NCBI GenBank assembly: GCA_008690995.1
Contig: VRMN01000012.1
Span: 62,001 to 126,000 of the forward strand
Source: Porphyridium purpureum
Lineage: Eukaryota
DNA length: 64,000 nucleotides
Direction of reading: 5' to 3'
A program made the translations under genes and the position numbers. Below the pieces are notes generated by a model. It was not told the DNA's origin, ran no database searches, and saw nothing but the letters and a program-made list of their open reading frames with translations. Below are positions 30,577 to 39,466 of the stretch, one piece after another; the stretch's first letter is position 1; each line of letters begins with the position of its first letter.

Positions 30577-32757
30577 ATGGGGTTCGGATTGGGGAAGAAG
30601 GCATCGGTGGATCAGGCGGTGAAAATGAGACCAAGGCATAAGGACGTGCACACGCAAACGAGCCTATCGTACTGGCTAAACCCGAAAAATCGTGCTCTTG
30701 CACGTACCAGTAGTGAGGTGGTCAAGCCAATCCACATGCAGAGAAGTTGCCACACTCAGACTTGCTCGTCGGTCACGAGTACGGTGACTGGCAGGGAGTT
30801 ACCACCTGAGCATGGTACTGAAAAAGTGGCAGACTTTCGAAGACATCGGACGGTGGAAGAAATTTCTTATCCTGAAGACATGGACGATGTGGAAAATATG
30901 GATCCCAATAGAATTGTGCAGATTACTCCTTCGAATCGAAGGCTTTCCGAATCGAGAGACCAGTCTAAGGCTTGGAAGATATATCCAACTGTCGTACCGA
31001 CTATATTGAATACGCCACACTTTGACATGTTCGAGACGTCGACTGGCTTGAATTATAAAGGCCAGAGTACGCCTGGACCCGGAGGACCCGAGCCGGAGCC
31101 CGAGCCGCCGAGCCCGAGCCGAGCCGGAGCCGAGCAGCGTGCAGGTAGTGTTCGCAGAGTTGAGCAGCCTGAGTCGTCAGGAAAACAATCGTCCACTTGT
31201 ACAGTGGTCCTGCCGGAAATGAAGAAGCGCGTGTCGGATGCAGAAATCAATGATCTGGCTGAAAATCATGTCATTGCAAAACCAGCACTCACGTCTGAAT
31301 GTCAGCCAGAGGCCTCAAAGATAACGGCGCCGCCTTCGAAACTGAACCGCGATGGCCAAGCAACGCAACATGTTACACGCAAAATGAGAACATTGGAGAG
31401 GCAGCAACAGCACTTAGGACCTGCAAGACCCGCTTCGGTGCAAGTCTTGGTTCAAGAAGGCGCAGCGTACCACTGTGCACAGAACTGGAATCCCAGCAAT
31501 TCAACTTCGCATGTGCTGCCTATTCGAAGCGTGTCAAAAATCCGCGCAGGTGCAAAGCTAGTCATAGACACATTCCAGACACTCACGACCTTTCGTGTGC
31601 TGAAACGAATTGCCTTGCCGTCAAGCAGTACCACATCTGCAAGTCCAAGTCCGGCTTTTTACACTGCCGTCGTTCATGCTCGCTGCGCAGGTCATCGACC
31701 GAATGGTGCCGTGACTAGCAGTAGTACCGTGCTTCTCAAGGTTGTTGCGCCTGGCAGTATCTGGGATTTTTACATCATCAATATCATCCGGGAACGTATC
31801 GGAGGCTCGGGTCGTGCGGATCTGTTGCCATTTATGCCATGTGCTCCGCGCCTTTTCCACCACCAAGACGAGTGTATTCTGGCGCTGAAACTGGCGAGTG
31901 GCACGCTGCGGGGCGACGATACGTTTGTTCCACTCGGCACACTCCTCAAAGGGCAGCGCCAGACTGTTCGGCGTACGTGCGCGAACCCGGTTGGCCCGGC
32001 CGATGCTTCACAAATGGACGAGCATATTGTAGCGTATTATTTGCACGCCCTTGTACGAGTCGTCCACGGCATGCATCTTGCGTGGGTAGCGCACGGGGGA
32101 ATCTGTGCAGATGTGATTATGGTGAAACGCGGTCGAGATGCCGGAGCGCCAGTAGCTCTCCAGCATCCGAGGAATCCGCATCATACAAACGGTGGTGGTG
32201 GGTCCAAAAATGTGCTCTTGGACGACCCCGTGCTGCTCTTTGTCGATTTTCAGCACGCTGTGGACCTCCGGCTTGCCGAAGCTGCCAGTCGCAGAGCATG
32301 TGGCTCCGCCGCGCCATCTTGCGACAAGCTCAGCGCAGTCCTGTTTGAAGCCGACTTGAATGCCATTGGTCGGTTGGTCCAGAACCTGCTGAGCGCGTGT
32401 ACTAGTCGCACATCTCGATACGAATCTATATCGCGCGACCTATGGCTTCACGACTCTCTCTGGAGTCGTATCATGGACGAGCTGTGTCCCCGCGGAGCGC
32501 TTCAAAACCAGACTGCCTTTGATGGTCCCAACGACACTGTTCAGCCGCAGTTTAACATCTTCGGCCGTCACAATGCGACGCAGGCCCCACTGGAAACCGA
32601 CGCAGGCTTCGCCTCACTATCGCAGCCGCGGAAGCTGCGCTCCGGACACGACACGCTGCGCGCACTCGCGCGCGTGGAGCAGCAGCTGCGCACGTTCATC
32701 GACGCGCGCGCCGTACGTATCCATCACGCGCTGCAGCGCTTCTTCTTCAGCCAGTAA
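30577..32757 (+). CDS. Bub1/BubR1-like kinase-domain protein, probably a pseudokinase
   Basis: LLKVVAPGSIWDFYI, MDEHIVAYY, HGGICADVIMV, LFVDFQHAVDLRL follow the Bub1 pattern (LKV..P...WEFYI, HGDIKPDN, LIDLG.SID). Confidence 0.6.
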   Translation: MGFGLGKKASVDQAVKMRPRHKDVHTQTSLSYWLNPKNRALARTSSEVVKPIHMQRSCHTQTCSSVTSTVTGRELPPEHGTEKVADFRRHRTVEEISYPEDMDDVENMDPNRIVQITPSNRRLSESRDQSKAWKIYPTVVPTILNTPHFDMFETSTGLNYKGQSTPGPGGPEPEPEPPSPSRAGAEQRAGSVRRVEQPESSGKQSSTCTVVLPEMKKRVSDAEINDLAENHVIAKPALTSECQPEASKITAPPSKLNRDGQATQHVTRKMRTLERQQQHLGPARPASVQVLVQEGAAYHCAQNWNPSNSTSHVLPIRSVSKIRAGAKLVIDTFQTLTTFRVLKRIALPSSSTTSASPSPAFYTAVVHARCAGHRPNGAVTSSSTVLLKVVAPGSIWDFYIINIIRERIGGSGRADLLPFMPCAPRLFHHQDECILALKLASGTLRGDDTFVPLGTLLKGQRQTVRRTCANPVGPADASQMDEHIVAYYLHALVRVVHGMHLAWVAHGGICADVIMVKRGRDAGAPVALQHPRNPHHTNGGGGSKNVLLDDPVLLFVDFQHAVDLRLAEAASRRACGSAAPSCDKLSAVLFEADLNAIGRLVQNLLSACTSRTSRYESISRDLWLHDSLWSRIMDELCPRGALQNQTAFDGPNDTVQPQFNIFGRHNATQAPLETDAGFASLSQPRKLRSGHDTLRALARVEQQLRTFIDARAVRIHHALQRFFFSQ

Positions 32758-32760
32758 ATC

Positions 32761-33035
32761 CGTGATTCGGAGGTCAAGCTGTACCCCAGTATCGAGCGCC
32801 GGTGGTTACGAGGTTGTCGATCGCAGCCGGCGGCGGCGCCGTGCGGGTACTTAAACAGCGCCGATTCGTTCCGTCGTAGACGCTCCCAAAAATGCCTCGA
32901 GTCAGAGGAGTTTGTGGTAACGACTAAAGCAGGTAGCCTTTGTTATTTTGTTTTGGTCTAATCTTCTCGGCAGCGAACTTCGGCTCGTTGTTCCCACACC
33001 ATTAGTACTAAGCCTACCACTAGTAAGGCTTCTTG
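32761..33035 (+). repeat. 5' LTR (275 bp) of the hybrid element
   Basis: No difference seen from 38135-38409. Confidence 0.96.
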
Positions 33036-33050
33036 GGTTATGAGCCCAGC
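33036..33050 (+). promoter_or_regulatory. Primer binding site complementary to the anticodon arm of initiator tRNA-Met
   Basis: GGTTATGAGCCCAGC directly after the LTR, similar to the Drosophila copia PBS GGTTATGGGCCCAG. Confidence 0.85.
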
Positions 33051-33315
33051 CGCTATCCTCGCGGCTGCGTTCCTCTCTCTCACCATCCTACTCCCTCTAC
33101 TATCCGCGGTTTTAGCTCTGCCCATACAGCAAAGAAGGCAAGCGCGACATATAAGATTGCTCGCGGAGGAGCAGGCGCGCACAGAGCAGCGACTGGAAGT
33201 CCTCGAAAACCTCGTCGCTAACTATCGACCATACACGAGCGCGGCTCGTAAAGGCGATCGCGCAGTCCGACGAAGAATCGCCGAAACTGAGAGCGAGGAA
33301 CAGCAAACGCTGTAG
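33040..33315 (+). CDS. Small upstream ORF (91 aa): hydrophobic N-terminus, then basic and coiled-coil-like segments
   Basis: MSPAAILAAAFLSLTILLPLLSAVLALP then QQRRQARHIR...EQRLEVLENL; ATG lies inside the PBS. Confidence 0.45.
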   Translation: MSPAAILAAAFLSLTILLPLLSAVLALPIQQRRQARHIRLLAEEQARTEQRLEVLENLVANYRPYTSAARKGDRAVRRRIAETESEEQQTL

Positions 33316-33360
33316 CAAAAAGACTCGTGCACAAAGGCACAGAGCAACGGGATCTCCTCA

Positions 33361-36300
33361 ATGGAATCAGGTCAAAGGACCCCCACCAGGCTCGAGCAGG
33401 AGCGCACCGCAGCGCTCGCTCGCCAGCAGCAGCAGGCCATGCAGGCCGAGCTGGCTGCACAGGCCGCTGCGCAACAACAACAACAGCAGCAGCAGGCAAC
33501 GACCAGCGCCGCGAGTGACATAGAAAACATACGCCAGGCGTTGGCCCAAGAGTTCTCGCGAATGCGCGAGGAGCTCCTTGGGCAGGTGCAAGAGGAGCGT
33601 AATGCTCTTGCTGCCGAGATGCATCGATGGCGCAACGGCGCATACCCGCGAGCCGAAGCAGCGTCGCAAGTCAAAGCCGCGCCAATGGCGCCATTTCTTG
33701 GGGACAGGGATGCACTCGCGGTCGGCGCGTGGTGTGAGACCGCTAGCGAGCGGATCTACATCCAGCTCCAAGAGGAGTATCGCGCCGGCTCTCATCCGTG
33801 GGATGATGATGCTGAACAGAAGTGTGTGCGTATCGCCGCCTCCTTCTTTCATGGGGCGTCTAGGCTTTGGTGGTCAGTGCTTGACCCAAAGCCTGTCCGG
33901 TTTGATGACTTCTTGCAGGCGTTCAGGCGGGAATTCGAACCCATCGCCTCGGACCAGGTCGCGCGTGACAGGCTTGCCGCTTGTGCGCAGCGCAACCGCA
34001 GCGTCCACGACTACGCAAACGATTTCGGAAACTGCCTGCTCAGGCTCCCGTCGGTCGGTGATTCCGAGCGGCTCGATCGTTTTGTGCGCGGTCTGCAGAG
34101 CAAGATTCAAATTCAGGTGCTGCTAAGGCAACCTGCATCGTACCATGAGGCGCTTCGCGCCGCATTGGCAGTCGACGCCGTATTTCGGCAAAGCGTGCAC
34201 GCGTCAGCATTTGCTGAAAAAGATGCAGCGCCAATGGATCTAGGATCGGCCGAGGCTCCGCGCCGACAGACACGAGCACCGAACAGAAAAAGCAAGAAAC
34301 GCCCGAAGAACCAGCAGCGCACCGTGCCGAGGAGCGCGCCGCAAGCACCGTCAAGGACCGCCCGCGTCGGAGCGGATACGTGTCATAACTGTGGGCGCCG
34401 CGGCCACTGGGCCGCCGAATGCACCCACGAGTTGGGTGTCGCGGAGTTTGAGATTGGTGCGGCCGCACTCGCGAAGTCGGACTTGATCCAATTGCCCGTT
34501 TTTATCAATGGCCACGCATCGAACGCGGTAGTCGATACCGGTGCAACCGCGACATTTGTATCAGAGGCGGTGTGCAACAAACTTAGAGTCCCTTTCACGA
34601 AAAGCGGGTCGAACGGGCCACGAATTCGTCTGGCCGATGGACGCACCAAGCCAATCACGGGCAAAGCGTCGTTCTTGCTTACGGTGCCAGGCATCGTCGA
34701 AGAACGCACAGAGGCATGGGTGCACAGCGGGCACCATGCAATGATCCTTGGTCTCGACTGGCTCAACGAGCACCAGGCCAAGCTGCAGGTCGGCGGCAAG
34801 ATCTTGCTGGATGTCTCTACTCCAAGACAATACACAAGGAACGCCGCTAACGCAAGGACACCGGATACTTTGGAATGTGCCGCGACCAATGAGCAAAATG
34901 AAAGCAGCGGGGGCACGGTCGGCATTGAGCACGAGGTGCTCCACATGCCTGCACGCGCTGATTGCGATGCCTGTCAGGCATCCAAGCTTCAGACCATGCG
35001 CGCACCACGCCGCACGCAAACGCCCCAGTTCTCTGCGTTCAACGATACCGTTTCCGTCGACCTAGTCGATCCAACTGAGTACGGTATCTGCGGCGCGAGA
35101 TGGCTCCTGACGCACAGGGACGCGACTACCGGGTGGCTTGTTGTGGCGCCCCTGGCGAACAAGACCGCGGAAAGCGCGTTGACCGCTTTCCTTGAAATAC
35201 AACGCGGTCGCGGCTGGCCGCGACTCGTCAGGAGTGACGAAGGCCGCGAGTTCCAGGGCGCGTTCGAAGTCGCACTGAAGGCCAACCTCGTGGCCCACGA
35301 ATCGGGACTAGCTCACCGACCAAATACGCACGCAACGCACGAACGCGTACACCGGGATCTCAATGCAGGAGTACGCACGCTGCTGCTGACCGCCGGGCTC
35401 GAGCCGGAATGGTTCGCGTTCGCCGCGAAGTACTGGGCCAACGCACGTAATGCCGCCTGGAAAAGCAGGGATGGTATCGCGCCGTATCAGGCTCGCTACG
35501 GACGCAAGTGGGAGCGCGATATCCCGCCTTTTGGCCGTGGAGTTTATATCATGACGGCGGAACGTGCCAAGTTTCACCCCAGGGGTATGCTGTCCCTCGT
35601 CATGGGCATCCGATTCCCATCACCGACCACCAACCGCACCCCGCTCAACGTTCTCGCAATTCCGCTCGACAATCTCCGCCCCTCAGCCGCCAAGTGGGTG
35701 GGAGAGTGGAGCTTGTCAACACGTGTGTTCCCTAGCAAGGAACAACGCTCTAATGAGGGAGCAGTGGATCGGATAATGCCTGAGTGGCATGCAGTGCTCG
35801 ATCCCGATGGGGATCGGACGCCGGAGCGTGCTCGATCAGAGGATCATGACGAGGAAAAGGCGCAAGCCCTGCAAAAGCAAGACATTGACGTCCCGACCAC
35901 GACGGCGTCAAGGGAGGAGTACGAGCGACGCTCATGGAGCACCGAGATGGATGACGCACTGCGTGCCGGGTACGCAGCTCATGGGCCGAAATGGAAAACC
36001 ATTTGCGATACAGGTGGCGAAGCGCTGAGCGGAGTCGGGGGCCTGGCGTTGCGCTCGCACGCGAGCGCAATCGGCCTGCTCGGAGAAAAGGCTACGGGGT
36101 TAGGTAAGCACCGACGCGGCCGGACAGCAGGAGACATCCGCGCCCGTCAAGCCGTCCTCAATGTGGCGCAGCAAATGCAATCGGAGAGCGCCGCACCGGG
36201 CTGCGATAGCTTGCACCTTGGTGTGGCTGAAGTAGTATCGTTTGCCACGCATTCGCGGACGCAGGCGGGACGTCTGGCCTTCACCAAAGAAATGAATACG

Positions 36301-37911
36301 CTCATCAGTAGCGGTGCGCTACCATTCCAGAAAGCACTAGGCCGATGCGAAGCCGCACGCGTGCCGAACGCGCGGTTTGTTAAGTTGAAGCCGATCCTCG
36401 CCATCAAGAACAGCGAGATGCCGCCGGAACACCGAATGCTTAAATGTCGCATCGTGGCACAGGGTTGCCACATCACGGATGTGGATGGCAAACGTGCACC
36501 GCCTGAAACACCACAGTTTGACCGGCCGCCTGGTCTTTCCAGCATACGCGCGGCCGTGTCCGTCGCACTGCACGTGCACGGCGCCGCAGCTGATGCATTA
36601 TTTTTCGATATCGATGCCGCGTATGTCCACGCGCCATTGAGAGGGAACCCCACGTTCGCGTATTTCAAGTCTCTGGTGCCGTTTTTGGAAGGAATCGTTA
36701 CACGTCATGTTCTGCGGAAGATCGCAAGTTTGAAGGACCCCGTGGTCCCGTTGCCAATGGCACTATATGGTCTGCCGCGCGCAGGTTTCGATTATTCCGC
36801 GTACGCCCGCCAGAAACTGTGCGCCGCCCAATGGAGTGAGTCTGCTGCAGACAAGAACGTTTATTGGCGTCGGCGCGCCGGAGTGCTAACGCTACTAGTG
36901 CTTTACGTCGATGACGGGGCCATTTTGGGCACCACTGCCTCGGTGAACGAGGCCATGCACGAGCTGGTGCGCATGTTCAGGATCACGAAGAGCGCGCAGC
37001 TTCTGTCGGAAAGCTCACGCGCACGGCCCATACGCTATCTCGGTGTCAACGTGTACCGCCAGGATGCAGCCTGGATCTTTGATAGTGGCGAGTACGCCAG
37101 ATACATCGCCACGGCCCACAAAGGGGGGCGCGCGAGGGCGACACCGTTGTCTACACGAATCGAGACGAGCGAGAAATTGAATGCCTGCCCACCGGAAGCG
37201 CGCGCTTGCTTGGGCAAGTTGATGTGGCTGTCACGTACGACACGACCGGATTTGGCATACGCGGTGGCCATGATTGCCAGACATACCGATCGATGGTCAG
37301 TGGATGTCCAGCGTGCCATGGATGAGGTATTGGCGTATCTCGCGAAGCACGCAAATATTACCTTACAATACGCGATGCCAAGCACAGATAACAAGGAGAT
37401 CAACATTGTCTGCTTCACTGATTCGGATCTGGATCCCGGCCGCTCCACAAGTGGTGTCGCTATCTTTCTTGCGTCCGGCGGCACTCGTCATCTTGTCGAG
37501 TGGTCAAGCCGTCGCCAAAGGCGCGTCGCTACGTCAACCGCGGAGGCGGAATTGGTGGCAATGCACAGTGCGGTGCAGAACGCGACGTTCCCAATCGCAA
37601 CATTCCTGGATGATGTATTTGCGAAGTGGCCGCGTACAACCGTGCGATGCGATAACGAGACCTCACTCGGTGCGGTGTCGAAGGGATTCAGCCCAGTGCT
37701 AGTTCATGCAAACAAGACCCAACGCATAAGCCTCGCATGGCTGCATGAGCTGCACAGCGAGCATCTCGTCGCTTTTGAACACGTACCCACCAGGGCCAAC
37801 GTGGCTGATCCGTTCACCAAGCCCGTAGGCGCCGACGTCTTTCGCGGACACGCGCGCGCGTGGGGTTTGTCATCGCCTCTCCTGTCCCCGTCCACTGGTG
37901 ATTCGCGTTGA
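33361..37911 (+). CDS. Gag-PR-INT-(Myb-like)-RT-RH polyprotein
   Basis: PMDLG, CHNCGRRGHWAAEC, VVDTGAT, ILGLDWL, HEVLH..CDAC, RSDEGREF, KCRIVAQG, LYGLPRAG, LYVDD, TRPDLAYAV, STAEAEL, NVADPFTKP. Confidence 0.95.
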   Translation: MESGQRTPTRLEQERTAALARQQQQAMQAELAAQAAAQQQQQQQQATTSAASDIENIRQALAQEFSRMREELLGQVQEERNALAAEMHRWRNGAYPRAEAASQVKAAPMAPFLGDRDALAVGAWCETASERIYIQLQEEYRAGSHPWDDDAEQKCVRIAASFFHGASRLWWSVLDPKPVRFDDFLQAFRREFEPIASDQVARDRLAACAQRNRSVHDYANDFGNCLLRLPSVGDSERLDRFVRGLQSKIQIQVLLRQPASYHEALRAALAVDAVFRQSVHASAFAEKDAAPMDLGSAEAPRRQTRAPNRKSKKRPKNQQRTVPRSAPQAPSRTARVGADTCHNCGRRGHWAAECTHELGVAEFEIGAAALAKSDLIQLPVFINGHASNAVVDTGATATFVSEAVCNKLRVPFTKSGSNGPRIRLADGRTKPITGKASFLLTVPGIVEERTEAWVHSGHHAMILGLDWLNEHQAKLQVGGKILLDVSTPRQYTRNAANARTPDTLECAATNEQNESSGGTVGIEHEVLHMPARADCDACQASKLQTMRAPRRTQTPQFSAFNDTVSVDLVDPTEYGICGARWLLTHRDATTGWLVVAPLANKTAESALTAFLEIQRGRGWPRLVRSDEGREFQGAFEVALKANLVAHESGLAHRPNTHATHERVHRDLNAGVRTLLLTAGLEPEWFAFAAKYWANARNAAWKSRDGIAPYQARYGRKWERDIPPFGRGVYIMTAERAKFHPRGMLSLVMGIRFPSPTTNRTPLNVLAIPLDNLRPSAAKWVGEWSLSTRVFPSKEQRSNEGAVDRIMPEWHAVLDPDGDRTPERARSEDHDEEKAQALQKQDIDVPTTTASREEYERRSWSTEMDDALRAGYAAHGPKWKTICDTGGEALSGVGGLALRSHASAIGLLGEKATGLGKHRRGRTAGDIRARQAVLNVAQQMQSESAAPGCDSLHLGVAEVVSFATHSRTQAGRLAFTKEMNTLISSGALPFQKALGRCEAARVPNARFVKLKPILAIKNSEMPPEHRMLKCRIVAQGCHITDVDGKRAPPETPQFDRPPGLSSIRAAVSVALHVHGAAADALFFDIDAAYVHAPLRGNPTFAYFKSLVPFLEGIVTRHVLRKIASLKDPVVPLPMALYGLPRAGFDYSAYARQKLCAAQWSESAADKNVYWRRRAGVLTLLVLYVDDGAILGTTASVNEAMHELVRMFRITKSAQLLSESSRARPIRYLGVNVYRQDAAWIFDSGEYARYIATAHKGGRARATPLSTRIETSEKLNACPPEARACLGKLMWLSRTTRPDLAYAVAMIARHTDRWSVDVQRAMDEVLAYLAKHANITLQYAMPSTDNKEINIVCFTDSDLDPGRSTSGVAIFLASGGTRHLVEWSSRRQRRVATSTAEAELVAMHSAVQNATFPIATFLDDVFAKWPRTTVRCDNETSLGAVSKGFSPVLVHANKTQRISLAWLHELHSEHLVAFEHVPTRANVADPFTKPVGADVFRGHARAWGLSSPLLSPSTGDSR

Positions 37912-38134
37912 GTTGAGAAGGGTTAGATTTCGCTCCTATCTTCGAGCGAGCGACGGGCTGCTAATGATTGCCCGTTTCGCAGTGAAGTTCATGGCATGGC
38001 CGTCGCCGGATGTACACCCCCAGAACGGGGGCGACTTTATGTGAGTCCGAGGGACCCATCTGTGGGGGAACCTCATTGTTTGATATGATAGGGCTTTAGA
38101 TACGCGCAAAATATGGGATAAGCGTGAGGGGGCG

Positions 38135-38409
38135 CGTGATTCGGAGGTCAAGCTGTACCCCAGTATCGAGCGCCGGTGGTTACGAGGTTGTCGATCGCAG
38201 CCGGCGGCGGCGCCGTGCGGGTACTTAAACAGCGCCGATTCGTTCCGTCGTAGACGCTCCCAAAAATGCCTCGAGTCAGAGGAGTTTGTGGTAACGACTA
38301 AAGCAGGTAGCCTTTGTTATTTTGTTTTGGTCTAATCTTCTCGGCAGCGAACTTCGGCTCGTTGTTCCCACACCATTAGTACTAAGCCTACCACTAGTAA
38401 GGCTTCTTG
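38135..38409 (+). repeat. 3' LTR (275 bp) of the hybrid element
   Basis: Preceded by GAGGGGG plus 2 nt and followed by the TSD AAATC. Confidence 0.96.
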
Positions 38410-38563
38410 AAATCCACTGTACACTATCACAAAGCGTACTGTACACTACTGGTGACCGGGAGATCGCGCGCGGAAGTGATGGACGGAAAGAAGGAGAGTA
38501 TTGGCAGCAGCAAGAGGTGTGGTCGAGTTCCGTCCTGAAGCAGCGGCGACGACGAGCACTGCC

Positions 38564-39466
38564 ATGGCGTTCGTGAATGGTTTTGGAGGTGCGGACCAGA
38601 AAGTGCCGGTGCCGTGGTCGTGTGATGTGTGTCGCCGCACGTCGCGCGGCAGAGATGCGGTCGTGGTGCGAATGGGCATGATGGACGACTTCAAGAACTT
38701 TTGGAAGAACTTCAATGAGAGCTTGGACTACGCAGTGGTCGGGCGTCGCGAGGCGATGTGGAGTCCAGACCGTCGGCCCGAGGACCAGCGCGTGTATGAT
38801 ATTTCAAAGACAAAGCTGTCGTGGGGAAACAAGGCCGAGCGGATGTCCACGGCAGCCGAACAGGCGCGACTGAAACAGCAGGTTTCGCTCGATACGAACA
38901 TTGCGCGCGGCAGCGCAAGCAGCGAGGCGCAATCCTTCTCGCAGCTGTATGAGACCGATACAGAGGATGAACACATGGGCCCGGCCTTCACTGCGCGCGT
39001 GGAGCAAATGGCGGCCTGGTCAGATGTGCCTGTGGATGACCCGGCAGAGCGCTTTATCACCGGCATGGAGCTCGCCGAGATGGTATTCGACAAATACGGC
39101 AAGTACCACGACGTGGGCTTGGTGCAGAACAAGATTCGGCTGCCGTTCAACGACGAGAAGAACCTTCTGCTTGCGCTGAACATTTATCCAGCGTGCCTGG
39201 GCGTGGGCGAAGAAGGATTTGGCTTCCGACTAACCGAGGAGCAGTACCTCGAAAAGCTGGAGTTCATTTCGAACATTCTGAATACGCTGGACCAGGCGTG
39301 GTGGGTGAAGAAGTTCCTGCGCGAGCCAAAACGCAGCCGCCGCGGACTGCCTTCCGAACCGCGCGAGGCGTTTGCGGTCTCGCTCGGTCTCAACGAGAGT
39401 CCAACCTGGCCGTACGTTCCCAAGAGCCTCTTGGAAGAACTGTTCGGCTCATTAGCGGACGATTAA
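38564..39466 (+). CDS. Plastid-targeted DUF3067-like protein
   Basis: MAFV... transit-peptide-like start; TGMELAEMVFDKYGKYHDV...FRLTEEQYLEKL...PREAFAVSLGL resembles the cyanobacterial/plastid DUF3067 family. Confidence 0.7.
   Translation: MAFVNGFGGADQKVPVPWSCDVCRRTSRGRDAVVVRMGMMDDFKNFWKNFNESLDYAVVGRREAMWSPDRRPEDQRVYDISKTKLSWGNKAERMSTAAEQARLKQQVSLDTNIARGSASSEAQSFSQLYETDTEDEHMGPAFTARVEQMAAWSDVPVDDPAERFITGMELAEMVFDKYGKYHDVGLVQNKIRLPFNDEKNLLLALNIYPACLGVGEEGFGFRLTEEQYLEKLEFISNILNTLDQAWWVKKFLREPKRSRRGLPSEPREAFAVSLGLNESPTWPYVPKSLLEELFGSLADD

Larger units (their letters stand above)
32761..38409 (+). mobile_element. Intact hybrid LTR retrotransposon (gypsy-type Gag/PR, copia-type INT-RT-RH) with CG...TG termini
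   Basis: Identical 275-bp LTRs; TSD AAATC at 32756-32760 and 38410-38414; PBS and purine tract adjacent to the LTRs; one 1516-aa ORF. Confidence 0.95.

Noticed and set aside
32763..33033. Canonical TG start for the hybrid element LTR
   Set aside because: It gives no matching TSD and no CA end, and the preceding CG is present in both LTRs
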